Shown here in pieces: positions 48,591-58,000 of a stretch of DNA of 64,000 bases; positions within the stretch are counted from its first letter, which is position 1, and every line of letters begins with the position of its first letter. Origin of the DNA: an uncultured Desulfarculus sp. (GTDB taxonomy: Bacteria; Desulfobacterota; Desulfarculia; Desulfarculales; Desulfarculaceae); assembly GCA_963665125.2 (NCBI GenBank), contig CAXXUK010000002.1, forward strand, positions 352,001 through 416,000. Reading direction: 5' to 3'. A model generated the notes under the pieces. That model saw nothing but the letters and a program-made list of their open reading frames with translations, was not told the origin of the DNA and searched no databases. The position numbers and the translations under genes were made by a program.

Positions 48591-48980
48591 ATGAAAGCCG
48601 CAATCAAGTATATTCCCTTGGCTCTGCTGGCGTGTCTGCTTACGATGGCCTGTGAAAGCGGCGGCGGCAGCGGCACGGCGACCATAGGGGGCCATATGAT
48701 CGGGAAATGGTCAGGCATGTATCAAGAACACGGCGGCGGCTGCAACGATTTTAAAGCTTACATAGGCCAACAGACAGAAGACCGATTCAGCGGTAACTTC
48801 CAGGAATCGCCGGTGGGCAAGGAATCTTTCTCTGGGACCGTCGATGAGGGGGGCGGAATAAACATCACCGGCCCAAAAGGCTTCGAAATGAACGGCATAC
48901 TGGACGGTGATAGCTTTATGTCGGGCTACTACAAAACCTCTGATGGTCACACCGGCTATTGGGAGCTGGACCGTCAGTAG
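48591..48980 (+). CDS. hypothetical lipoprotein (129 aa)
   Basis: GGAGGA RBS, signal with lipobox-like LTMAC, Gly-rich linker, mature part GKWSG...GYWEL. Confidence 0.75.
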   Translation: MKAAIKYIPLALLACLLTMACESGGGSGTATIGGHMIGKWSGMYQEHGGGCNDFKAYIGQQTEDRFSGNFQESPVGKESFSGTVDEGGGINITGPKGFEMNGILDGDSFMSGYYKTSDGHTGYWELDRQ

Positions 48981-49005
48981 GCGGCCTTCTGTTCTGTCTG
49001 CCTCC

Positions 49006-49100
49006 TACACCACCGCGGCGCCGCCGAGTTTCGGCAATCTGGAGGGCTAACACCCGATCTAAATTACCTGCGCCGCGCTCCATCCGGGGCGCGGCGTTTT
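49006..49100 (+). repeat. displaced second copy of the speE 3' end plus terminator
   Basis: Encodes YTTAAPPSFGNLEG* versus speE YTIAAPPRFGNLEG* (36/45 nt); terminator 29/30 nt identical to 48471-48500. Confidence 0.88.
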
Positions 49101-49727
49101 TATTGTGTGAGTGTTTACCACACTGCTATTATAAGCCAACTAATTAGTGATGTTTCATTGTAATGGCAGGGGGGATAAATGGACATATTTGTTAGTAGAC
49201 CAACCAACGTTGATCCGGAATTTGAGTCAGGCTTGAGAAGCTTTTACCAGACGCTAAAGTTGCTCGATTTAACGCCGAGGACTATCGGTGTTTCCGATCA
49301 ACCTATACGATCACCTTTAGATGAAGTTATTGAGCTTCTGCATAGCTGCCAAGGCATCATTGTTTTAGGATATCCTCAGATACTGGTTCAGAAAGGCTAT
49401 TTAAAAACAAGGCGGATTGAAAAAGACCTCAGACTGGCGACTGAGTGGAACCACATTGAGGCAAGCCTAGCCTATGCGTTAGGTTTACCAATGCTGGTCA
49501 TACACCACCAGGGTGTTTGCAGAGGCATTTTTGATCGGGGTGCTATTGGTAGCTTTTTTCTGTATGAGACCAACATGACATATGAAACTTGGGCGTTTGA
49601 ACAGAACATCTCTGGTGCGCTGGAGAAATGGAAAGGAACTTTGACTAACGCCAAAGTCGGCAGCTTTAAGGCTTCGCAGAAAACACATCAACAGCCAATG
49701 TGTCCTAACTGCCCGACTATAATGAGC

Positions 49728-50950
49728 TGTCCTAGTCAGTAATTGCGTTGACAGTTTGGCCTTCCGGCAGATGGTTTAGGTTACTACGCTGCGTCCTCGA
49801 TTTCTATCCCTTCATGGACATGCTTTTGATACAGCTCCAGGCCGTCGGTAAAGGTCTGAAAAGGGGTGCGCCCCTGGCAATAGCGGCCCTGATGGGTCCG
49901 TTCGGTGTTGTAGTAGGTCATGAAGGCGTCCAGGTCGGCCTGGATTTCATCCAGCGTGCGGTACAGCTTTTTCCGGAAGGCCACCTCATAGAATTCATTT
50001 TGGATGGTCTGGTGGAGCCGCTCCACCGCTCCGTTGGTCTGGGGATGGCGCACCTTGGTTCTGGTGTGCTCAATGTCGTTGAGGTGCAGAAATAGCTCGT
50101 AGGGGTGGCTGTCCTGACGACCACACAGCTCCGGGCCATTGTCGGTGAGCACCCGGTGCACCCTGATGCCGTGATGGTCGTAAAAAGGCAGCACCCTGTC
50201 GTTGAGCAGGTCGGCGGCAGTCAAGGTCGTCTTTTCCCGGTAGACCTTTGCAAAGCCGTGGCTGCCGTGGGTGTCGATGGCCGTTTGCTGGTAGATGCGG
50301 CCTATGCCCTTGATAATGCCCACATAGCAGGTGTCCTGTGCCACCAGAAAGCCTGGATGAGGGCTTTCCACCTCGCCGTGGGCCTCTTTTTCCTGCTTGG
50401 CGTTCTCCAGGGCCTGGACCTGGGATTCGGTGAGCACCTCGGTGTTTTCAGCCGCCCATTTCTCCAGACGCTTGAGACGCTGGGCCTTGAGCGCCAGATC
50501 GTGCCGCTGCCAGATACTGCGTATGCCCCCCGCGCTGACCTGGATGCCGATTTTCTTCAGTTCGTTGGCCACCCTCGTCTGTCCATGGGTGGGAAACTGT
50601 AAAGAATAATCCAGCACTTTTTGCTCTATCTCGGGGGCCACGCGGTTGCCTATCCTGGGCACCCGGCGGCTTTTCTCCAAGAGCCCTTCCAGCCCTTCTT
50701 CATCAATAGCTTGCTTGATGTCGTAATAGTGCTGGCGGCTGATGCCCAGCTTGCGGCAGGCCTCGGAGATGTTTCCCAGAGCCTGGCCCAACTCCAGGAT
50801 ATTGAGCTTGCGGTTGATGATATACTGCGATTGAGTCATGGTCCTTCCTTTCAATTAAGATGTTTCTTTTGGCTTGAACCATCTTAACCGGAAGGCCATG
50901 GCTCCTTCAGCTAGGACCTTGACCTGTCAACGCTTTTCTCGACTAGGACA
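49728..50950 (-). mobile_element. IS481-family insertion sequence (1223 bp)
   Basis: TGT...ACA ends, terminal inverted repeats TGTCCTAGTC-N7-GCGTTGACAG, flanking AATGAG duplication, single DDE transposase. Confidence 0.9.
49784..50839 (-). CDS. IS481-family DDE transposase
   Basis: HTH (NISEACRKLGISRQHYY), QDT, LTDNGPE, PQTNGAVER, YN.ER.H. Confidence 0.92.
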   Translation of the reverse strand: MTQSQYIINRKLNILELGQALGNISEACRKLGISRQHYYDIKQAIDEEGLEGLLEKSRRVPRIGNRVAPEIEQKVLDYSLQFPTHGQTRVANELKKIGIQVSAGGIRSIWQRHDLALKAQRLKRLEKWAAENTEVLTESQVQALENAKQEKEAHGEVESPHPGFLVAQDTCYVGIIKGIGRIYQQTAIDTHGSHGFAKVYREKTTLTAADLLNDRVLPFYDHHGIRVHRVLTDNGPELCGRQDSHPYELFLHLNDIEHTRTKVRHPQTNGAVERLHQTIQNEFYEVAFRKKLYRTLDEIQADLDAFMTYYNTERTHQGRYCQGRTPFQTFTDGLELYQKHVHEGIEIEDAA

Positions 50951-51095
50951 AATGAGTCCTATCCCTCCCGACTTTGTGAAGCTCGAAAACGCTAATTATG
51001 AATGCCCAAAATGTGGAACTAAAATCATGCATTCATCGCCATGATTAGGTCCCCGCCGTAATACGCTGAGCAAAACGAATCTTTTGTTTAGGCTT

Positions 51096-51503
51096 TTAGC
51101 CCGCGGGCCGGAACTTGGGCAGACTGCAATCCGGCGACACGTCGTCCCAGACGACCTCCACCGGCATGTCGCAGCGCAGGCCTGCCCTGTCACAGTCCAC
51201 GATGTTGCTCAATAGCATGGGCCCCTCGGCCAATTCAACGACAGCCACCGTATAGGGCAGCTCATCCTTGAATGCCGGGTGAAAGGCCTGGTGGTATACG
51301 GTGAAGGTGTAGACCGCTCCCATGCCCGTTGATTCGATCCAATGGCAGTCCTGGGAGTGGCACTGGGGGCAGATGACAGCCGCGGGCCAGCGCACGTGGC
51401 CGCAGTTGTTGCATTTCTGAAACACCAGCTTGTGCTGGCGGCATGCTTCCCAAAAAGGCCTGCTGTCGGCGTCCGGCGTGGGTATGGGCTTGTGCATGGC
51501 CAT
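51096..51503 (-). CDS. Zn-ribbon/OB-fold protein (DUF35 family)
   Basis: PFWEA, QKCNNCG..WP...CPQC, G.VYTFT, PY.VAVVEL.EGP; next to a thiolase-like gene. Confidence 0.9.
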   Translation of the reverse strand: MAMHKPIPTPDADSRPFWEACRQHKLVFQKCNNCGHVRWPAAVICPQCHSQDCHWIESTGMGAVYTFTVYHQAFHPAFKDELPYTVAVVELAEGPMLLSNIVDCDRAGLRCDMPVEVVWDDVSPDCSLPKFRPAG

Positions 51504-51505
51504 GA

Positions 51506-52669
51506 TCAGCCCCTCCTGAAGATGATGCATGAATGGGATTGCAGAATCGCGCCGTTGTCGCTGGCCAGGATGATCTCCGGCTCTTTGGTGTTGGTGCCCG
51601 GTCCGAGTTGCCGGTCGCCGCAGCGGCCCATCAGCTGCATAACGGCCTCGGAGATGGGGGTCAGGCCCATGAAATAGGCCTCGGAGAGCTGGCCGCCCGA
51701 GGTGTTGAGGGGCATGGCCCCGCCCGGCGCGGTGATCCCAGAGCCGAACCACTCTTCACCCCCGCCGTATTCAAAGAAACCATAGTCCTGCATGGTCAGT
51801 TCAATGGTGTAGGTGAAACAGTCGTAGATCTGGCAGGAGTCGATGTCCTTGGGGCCTACTCCGGCCATTGCAAACGCCGCCTCGCCGGCCTTCTTGGCCC
51901 CGCTGGGCCCGGCCATGTACCTGGCCTGGGCGATCTCGTTGGAAGGGTTGTGCTGGCCGACGCCCATGATCAGCACCGGCGGATGTTTCAGGTCCCTGGC
52001 CCGCTCGGCGGTGGTGACCACAATTGCCCGGCCTCCGTCGTTGATTTGGCAGCAGTCCAACGTGCGCAGCGGTTCGGCCACCATGGGAGAGGCGTAGTAC
52101 TGCTCCTGGGTCAGGGGCTTGCCGTGGGTTATGGCCGCCGGGTTGAGGCGCGCCCACTTGCGCTGGGCCATGGCGATGTGTTTCCAGGTCTCCGGGCCCG
52201 TGGAAAACTCGTGCATGCCCCTGGTGGCGGCCAGGGCGTAGCCGCCAACGGCCCCGAAAAGCCCGAAGGCAGTTTCATTGCCCGACACCTGGGCGAAAAG
52301 CTGCATGAAACCGCCACCCCACAGGCCGCTGTGGCCATAGGAGATGACCACGTATTTGCAGATGCCCGCCTCCAATACCCCCATGGCCTGGTGCAGCTGG
52401 CTGCGGGAGCAGTTGGCGTCCTGGGCCATGAAGACCGGTTCGATGCCCAGGCCCTGGGCCAATAATTGGGGCGTGGGGTCCGGCTCGCCGGGGCAGGCCG
52501 GGAAATGGCGGTAGGCGATGAGACCGTCGATATCTTCTTTTTTCAGGCCCGCGTCGGCTATGGCCTTGGCCGAGGCTTCCAGGTGAAAACTCATGGACGT
52601 GCGGTCCGGTATCTTTCCCTGGGGCGTATAACCCACACCCACCACGGCGAATTTGTCTTGCCAACTCAC
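51506..52669 (-). CDS. thiolase-family protein (SCP2/lipid-transfer-protein type)
   Basis: AVVGVG, AIADAGL...DIDG, NPAA, DCC..NDGG, YDCF, NTSGGQLS; GTG start with GGAGG. Confidence 0.88.
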   Translation of the reverse strand: MSWQDKFAVVGVGYTPQGKIPDRTSMSFHLEASAKAIADAGLKKEDIDGLIAYRHFPACPGEPDPTPQLLAQGLGIEPVFMAQDANCSRSQLHQAMGVLEAGICKYVVISYGHSGLWGGGFMQLFAQVSGNETAFGLFGAVGGYALAATRGMHEFSTGPETWKHIAMAQRKWARLNPAAITHGKPLTQEQYYASPMVAEPLRTLDCCQINDGGRAIVVTTAERARDLKHPPVLIMGVGQHNPSNEIAQARYMAGPSGAKKAGEAAFAMAGVGPKDIDSCQIYDCFTYTIELTMQDYGFFEYGGGEEWFGSGITAPGGAMPLNTSGGQLSEAYFMGLTPISEAVMQLMGRCGDRQLGPGTNTKEPEIILASDNGAILQSHSCIIFRRG

Positions 52670-52788
52670 GAGATGTCCTCCCAAGCCGCTTGTTGGGTTC
52701 ACGATAGACGATTGCCCATGATATCGGTTCGGCATTCAAAAGGGAATGACCAAATGAATTAGGTTCAGCCTGATGGCGATCCGGTGGT

Positions 52789-54507
52789 TTAACGCCCGGG
52801 CAGGCCGGCCACGTCGCCGATGGGCAGGCCCAGGTCCAGGGCCCGCAGGGCCCGCCTGAGGAGCTTGCCTTCCTTGTTGCGGGGCAGCCGGTCCAATATC
52901 TCCAGCCCGGAAAGAGGCCCGTCGGGCGAGACGTTTAAGGCCAGCATGCCCAGCAGTTCCCGGCGGGTTGCGTCGCCGCCGTTTTCGCCGGGTTGCAGGG
53001 CCACGAACGCCTTGAGGGCCGGTTGGCCGTCGCTCATCAGACTGGCCACGGCGGCGGCTTCGGCCACCCTGGAGTCGTTGGCCAGGGCGTGTTCTATCTC
53101 AAAAGGCCCCACCATGCGGCCCTGGCCCCGGATCAGATCGTCCTGGCGGCCCTGGAGGTAGAGATAACCGTCCTCGTCGTATACGGCCATGTCGCCGGTT
53201 TGCAGCCAGCGTCCGTCGTAGAGTTGAAGCCTGGGCGGCTGGTCTTCGCCAAGGTAACCTTGGCTCATGGACGGCCAGCCGGTCTTTAGCGACAGCTCGC
53301 CCACGGTTAAAAGGTGCTGGGGCCGTCCAAGGCCGTCCAGAACCCTGGCCTCCACGCCCGGCACGGGCCTGCCGATGGAGCCCAGCTTGATGTCGGTGGC
53401 CGGCAGATTGGCCACGCAGATCATGCCGGTCTCCACGGTCCACCACGTCTCGTGGGGCGCCCGGCCAAAGTTGTTGCGCACCCAGAAAAACTGCTCCATG
53501 TCCAGGCGCTGGCCCACGGTGGCAATGTGTTCCAGGCTGGAGAAGTCCTTGGCACCGTCGGGATCGTCGCCCTGGGCCATTAGGCCCCGGATCATCAGGG
53601 GCGCGGTGTACCAGGTTGTGATGTTGTGTCTGAGCAGGATCTCCCGGCGGCGTTGGGGGGAAATTTCGCTGGTGGCCAGCAGGCTGCAAGCCCCGCAGAG
53701 CAAGGCCCCCCAGACGCCGTAGGTAAAGAAAACCGCGCCCGAAGGGTGGCTGTCGGCCCAGAAAACCGAATCCGGCCCCAGGTTGAGAACCCACTCGGCG
53801 GTCATCAAATGGCCGATCATGGCCTCGTGGCTGGTGGCGGCCAGGCGCGGCGGGCCTTCGGGGCTCTCGGCGTGGGACAGTTGCATCGTATCGCCGGGTT
53901 CCAGCCAAACCGGTTCCCGCTGGTTGTCCATATGGGGCAACAGGTCAACGGCCAGGCTCTGGCGGGCGGTGCGTCCGGTGGCCGGGGCCGAGATATACAC
54001 GGAGGAACAGTCGCGGGGCAGGTTTTTCCAGACAGCGGCCGGGGCCTGGGCCGTGGTGACCACCACGTCTGGTTGCAGGCGGTTCAGCAGGACCTTGTAC
54101 GCCGCATTGGAAAGGCCGGGGCGCAAGTGGCAATAAACCGCGCCCAGCCTGGCGGCGGCCAGTTGGACCCAGATGGTCTCCGGATTGGGCTCCAGGAGCG
54201 TCAGCACCCGGCCGCCCCGCCGCAGACCGGCGTGCTCCAGGAGGTTGGCCCAGCGGCAGCTTTGCCGGGAGGCCTCGCGAAAGCTGAAACGCTCGATTAT
54301 GCCGCCGTGGTCCCAGATCAGGGCCGTGCGGAATGCGTGTTCTTCGGAAAGGGCCCAGCGGTCCACGGCCTCGTGGACGATGTTGAGCTTGCCCGTCTCG
54401 AACCAACTGAAACGGCTGTGGGCCTGATCCCAGGTAAATTCGTTTACCGTCCGGCCATAGTCGGCCAGTCTGGCCTTTATGCGGTCGCCTCTGATCTTTG
54501 GTTGCAT
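52789..54507 (-). CDS. acetyl-CoA synthetase-like AMP-binding protein with degenerate P-loop
   Basis: LNIVHEAVDR, WYTAP, WW..ETG, TGD, GR.DD.I, LP...GK..RR retained; A3 P-loop reads HAESPEGPPRL. Confidence 0.82.
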   Translation of the reverse strand: MQPKIRGDRIKARLADYGRTVNEFTWDQAHSRFSWFETGKLNIVHEAVDRWALSEEHAFRTALIWDHGGIIERFSFREASRQSCRWANLLEHAGLRRGGRVLTLLEPNPETIWVQLAAARLGAVYCHLRPGLSNAAYKVLLNRLQPDVVVTTAQAPAAVWKNLPRDCSSVYISAPATGRTARQSLAVDLLPHMDNQREPVWLEPGDTMQLSHAESPEGPPRLAATSHEAMIGHLMTAEWVLNLGPDSVFWADSHPSGAVFFTYGVWGALLCGACSLLATSEISPQRRREILLRHNITTWYTAPLMIRGLMAQGDDPDGAKDFSSLEHIATVGQRLDMEQFFWVRNNFGRAPHETWWTVETGMICVANLPATDIKLGSIGRPVPGVEARVLDGLGRPQHLLTVGELSLKTGWPSMSQGYLGEDQPPRLQLYDGRWLQTGDMAVYDEDGYLYLQGRQDDLIRGQGRMVGPFEIEHALANDSRVAEAAAVASLMSDGQPALKAFVALQPGENGGDATRRELLGMLALNVSPDGPLSGLEILDRLPRNKEGKLLRRALRALDLGLPIGDVAGLPGR

Positions 54508-54742
54508 GCCGGTGATATCTTCCGCGTTGCCCAGGGCCTCCTGCCCCCGGCAACGCCGACTTTGGCAATAGCGCCGCTTTGTCAAAGCCCCGTGAAACAC
54601 GGTCCCTTCGGGGGCGTGTTCCGGCGGGCCGCAGGTGAGTATCCCCCCGGGTCCGCGCAACGTTTACGGATATTCAACCCAGTAAATCAGCCATCCGTTC
54701 AAGTCATCCAATAACCATGATCGTATTCCATCCCGCTAAAAC

Positions 54743-55774
54743 TCAATCCGTCCACAGGCCGTAGCCGAAATGGGTCTTGCGCAGCCTGGCCACCAGGCTG
54801 TCGGCCCTTTCGCTTTTCACCGACCAAATTCGGCCGCCGTGGCCGTCGTCGATAAAGGCGCTCAAGACCTGGCGGATGCATTTGACCAGGACATCGGGCT
54901 CGTAGCCGCCTTCCAGGACCAGGAGCAGGGGTATGCCGTTGTGGGGCCCCAGGGTGGCCAACAGCTGGGTCAGGCCGCCGTAGGCCGCGTCTGTGAGCCT
55001 GGTGGCGCCGATGGGGTCCTGGTAGTGGGCGTCGAACCCGGCGGCCACGATGATCATTTCCGGGGCGAACTCCTCCACCAGCGGTGTGATCACCTGGCGG
55101 TAAAGGCTCATGATGTCTCCGTCGCCAAAGCGGGGCTCAATGGGCATGTTGATGGTGTGGCCCGCGCCGGGGCCCACCCCGGTCTCGCCTATATGGCCGG
55201 TGAATGGATAGGCGTTTTCCAGGTGCGACGAGACATAAAAGACGGAATCGTCGGCATAAAACAAATTCTGCAAGGCATTGCCGTGGTGAACGTCCCAGTC
55301 GACGATCAGCACCCGCCTGAGGCCCATACGCCGGGCGTGGCGGGCGGCTATGCCCACGTTGTTGAAGACGCAGAAGCCGCCGGCCCTGTCGATGAGGGCG
55401 TGGTGCCCCGGCGGGCGGCACAAGACCATGCTGACTTCGCATATTCCCGTCACGAGGTCTTCCACGGCCTCGACGCAGCCCCCGGCGGCGAGCCAGGCGG
55501 CCAGACAGGTGTCGGCGCAGGCGATGGTGTCCGGGGCCAGGTGGGTCAGGCGCTGGCGGGCCGTGGCCAGGATGGTGCGCACATAGGCCGGTGTGTGCAC
55601 CCGCTCCAATTGTTCCAGGGTGACAGGACGGGCGTGTTTTTCGGCAAACTCCACCGTGAAGTCCCAGTCCAGCATGCGGTAGACCGCGCTGAGACGGTTT
55701 GGGCTCTCCGGATGGCGCATGCCTGTCTTATGGCGCATGAATCTGTCATCACGTATGATTTGAACTTGCAGCAT
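54743..55774 (-). CDS. Zn-dependent histone-deacetylase family protein
   Basis: HPESP.RL, RPPGHHA, GFCVFNN, DWDVHHGN, GFDAH, LEGGY. Confidence 0.92.
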   Translation of the reverse strand: MLQVQIIRDDRFMRHKTGMRHPESPNRLSAVYRMLDWDFTVEFAEKHARPVTLEQLERVHTPAYVRTILATARQRLTHLAPDTIACADTCLAAWLAAGGCVEAVEDLVTGICEVSMVLCRPPGHHALIDRAGGFCVFNNVGIAARHARRMGLRRVLIVDWDVHHGNALQNLFYADDSVFYVSSHLENAYPFTGHIGETGVGPGAGHTINMPIEPRFGDGDIMSLYRQVITPLVEEFAPEMIIVAAGFDAHYQDPIGATRLTDAAYGGLTQLLATLGPHNGIPLLLVLEGGYEPDVLVKCIRQVLSAFIDDGHGGRIWSVKSERADSLVARLRKTHFGYGLWTD

Positions 55775-55949
55775 AGCGATGCCGACGCCTCCTGCAATGA
55801 TGTGCAATAAGATGGTGACACATGGCGGGCCCCCAGCGCAAGCTCTGGCGAACATCGGGCGGCAATCGCAGCCCCGCCTTGACATATCCACCCGATAGGT
55901 ATAAGTTCACACGCTGGTTCATCAGTGTCGAATCCAGGGAGTATCCCCC

Positions 55950-57770
55950 TTGAACAGCCCGGAAAAAAACAAACCCAGCAATGAGGCGGAATCAGGCGTC
56001 GGCCTGATGGAGTTTGCCCGGCGCAAGGCGGCCAGGCGCATCCTGATCTCCGTTTTCATCGGCGTGGTCACGGGCCTGGGGGCAATGGCCTTTTTCTTCT
56101 GCCTGGAGTGGGGCCGCTGGTTTTTCCTGGGTTATCTGTCCGGGGGCACCTTCCCCGCGCCTGACGGAGAGCGCCTGGCCCATTTGGCCGTGACAACGCC
56201 CTACCGTCCCTGGCTGCTGATGCTGATGCCTGCCTTGGGCGGGCTTGTATCCGGCCTGTTGGTCTATACATTCGCCCCGGAGACCGAAGGCGACGGCACC
56301 AACGCCATGATCGACTCCTTTCACAACCTGGGAGGCATAGTGCGGCCCAGGGTGCCCTTCATCAAGGGTATCGCCTCGGTCATCACCATTGCCACCGGCG
56401 GCTCGGCGGGCCGTGAAGGGCCCATCTCCCAGATCGGCGCGGGATTCGGCTCCTGGCTGGCCCAAGCCACGAAAATGTCCGTGTCCGAACGGCGCATGTA
56501 CATGCTGGCCGGCTGCGCCGCCGGCCTGGGGGCCATATTCCGGGCACCTCTTGGCGCGGCAATCACCAGCGTCGAGGTTCTCTACAGCGAGGACTTCGAG
56601 ACCGACGCCATCATCCCCAGCATCATCGCCTCGGTCATCTCATATAGCATGTTCACCTTTGTTTTCGGGTTCGAGCCCATCTTCGGCACTCCGGCCTTTG
56701 CCTTCCGCGACGCCAGGGAGCTGGCCGTCTACGCCGTCCTGGGCCTGATCTGTGCGCCGTTCGGCACTTTTTACGTAAGGACGTATTTCGGCACCCGCGA
56801 CCTGTTCCGCAAGTGGGCCATTCCCCGCTACCTCAAGCCCGTGATCGGCGGGCTGGGCGTGGGCCTCATAGGCCTGGCCATTCCCCAGGCCATGGGCGGC
56901 GGCTACGGCTTTTTGCAACTGGCCGTCTACGGCCAACTGGGCCTGGGGGTGATGTGCCTGGCCGCGGTGTTCAAGGTGGCCACCACAAGCCTGACCATCG
57001 GCAGCGGTGGCTCGGGCGGCCTGTTCGGCCCCACGCTTTTCATCGGCGGCATGATCGGCGGCGTGGTGGGCCACGTGGGCCAGATGCTCATGCCCGACAT
57101 CGTCACCCAGCCCGGCGCCTATGTGCTGGTGGGCATGGCGGCGTTTTTCGCCGGGGCGGCCAAGGCCCCCGTGGGCGCGCTGATCATGGTCACGGAAATG
57201 GCCGCCAGCTACAGCCTGCTGCCGCCGCTGATGATCGTCAGCGTCATCGCCATCCTGTTCAACAAGGGCAGCAGCATTTACGAAAAGCAGCTCAGGAACA
57301 AGTTCCAGTCTCCGGCCCACGAGGGCGAGATGACCGTCAACGTCATGGAAGACCTCACGGTGGAAGACGTCTTCCTGCCCGACCAGCCCGTGATCACCCT
57401 GCAGGCTAATAACACCTTCGCCCAATTGCAGAACTGCATATCCTGCTGCAACCAGTCGCTGTTCCCGGTGCTGGACAACGCCGGCCGTCTTACCGGCGTT
57501 TTGCCGGTGACCAATGTGCGAAAGGTCTTGTTCGAGGATTCCCTGCGCGATTTGGTGGTGGTGGCTGAATTGGCCTCGCCGCCGGTGAGCCTAAGCCCCG
57601 ACACCAACCTATACGACGCCCTGATCGCCTTTTTGGACTGCGGCTACAGCCAGATGCCCGTGGTCGCCTATGAAGAAGGCCGCCAGAAACTCTTGGGCCT
57701 TTTGAATCACGAGGATGTGATCAGCGCCTACCACGCCGAGGTCTCCCGCCGCCAAAACGCCGGAGAATAA
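55950..57770 (+). CDS. ClC chloride channel/antiporter with CBS domains
   Basis: GSAGREGP, FRAPLG, GGSGGLFGP motifs; C-terminal CBS pair; start uncertain. Confidence 0.92.
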   Translation: MNSPEKNKPSNEAESGVGLMEFARRKAARRILISVFIGVVTGLGAMAFFFCLEWGRWFFLGYLSGGTFPAPDGERLAHLAVTTPYRPWLLMLMPALGGLVSGLLVYTFAPETEGDGTNAMIDSFHNLGGIVRPRVPFIKGIASVITIATGGSAGREGPISQIGAGFGSWLAQATKMSVSERRMYMLAGCAAGLGAIFRAPLGAAITSVEVLYSEDFETDAIIPSIIASVISYSMFTFVFGFEPIFGTPAFAFRDARELAVYAVLGLICAPFGTFYVRTYFGTRDLFRKWAIPRYLKPVIGGLGVGLIGLAIPQAMGGGYGFLQLAVYGQLGLGVMCLAAVFKVATTSLTIGSGGSGGLFGPTLFIGGMIGGVVGHVGQMLMPDIVTQPGAYVLVGMAAFFAGAAKAPVGALIMVTEMAASYSLLPPLMIVSVIAILFNKGSSIYEKQLRNKFQSPAHEGEMTVNVMEDLTVEDVFLPDQPVITLQANNTFAQLQNCISCCNQSLFPVLDNAGRLTGVLPVTNVRKVLFEDSLRDLVVVAELASPPVSLSPDTNLYDALIAFLDCGYSQMPVVAYEEGRQKLLGLLNHEDVISAYHAEVSRRQNAGE

Positions 57771-58000
57771 CCCGGTGCTCAGGCCCCAAAACTGAGTTTG
57801 GGTTCAGTGAGGGATTAGGCGGTAAAGGCCCGGCCATATGTCGCCTGTTCGGCCCTTGATAAGCATAAAAATTTTCCGTCTTCGCGCCCTTTTTAGCGGG
57901 AAGCTGCGCTTAAACGGCTGCCGGCGGCGCTGCCCATGGCTTGGCGGCGCCGCCGACAAATTACGTGAAAGCCAAAAGGCCGTTGTTTGCCTGGAATTTT

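Larger units (their letters stand above)
49179..51044 (+). pseudogene. TIR/NDT-like domain plus C-terminal Zn-ribbon protein interrupted by IS481 (211 aa when rejoined)
   Basis: Frame continues across the IS: ...MCPNCPTIMS|PIPPDFVKLENANYECPKCGTKIMHSSP*; N-terminal IFVS and WNHIEASLAYALGLPMLVI motifs. Confidence 0.75.

Noticed and set aside
51096..52669. Thiolase-like plus DUF35 pair as a novel system
   Set aside because: Well-established gene pair
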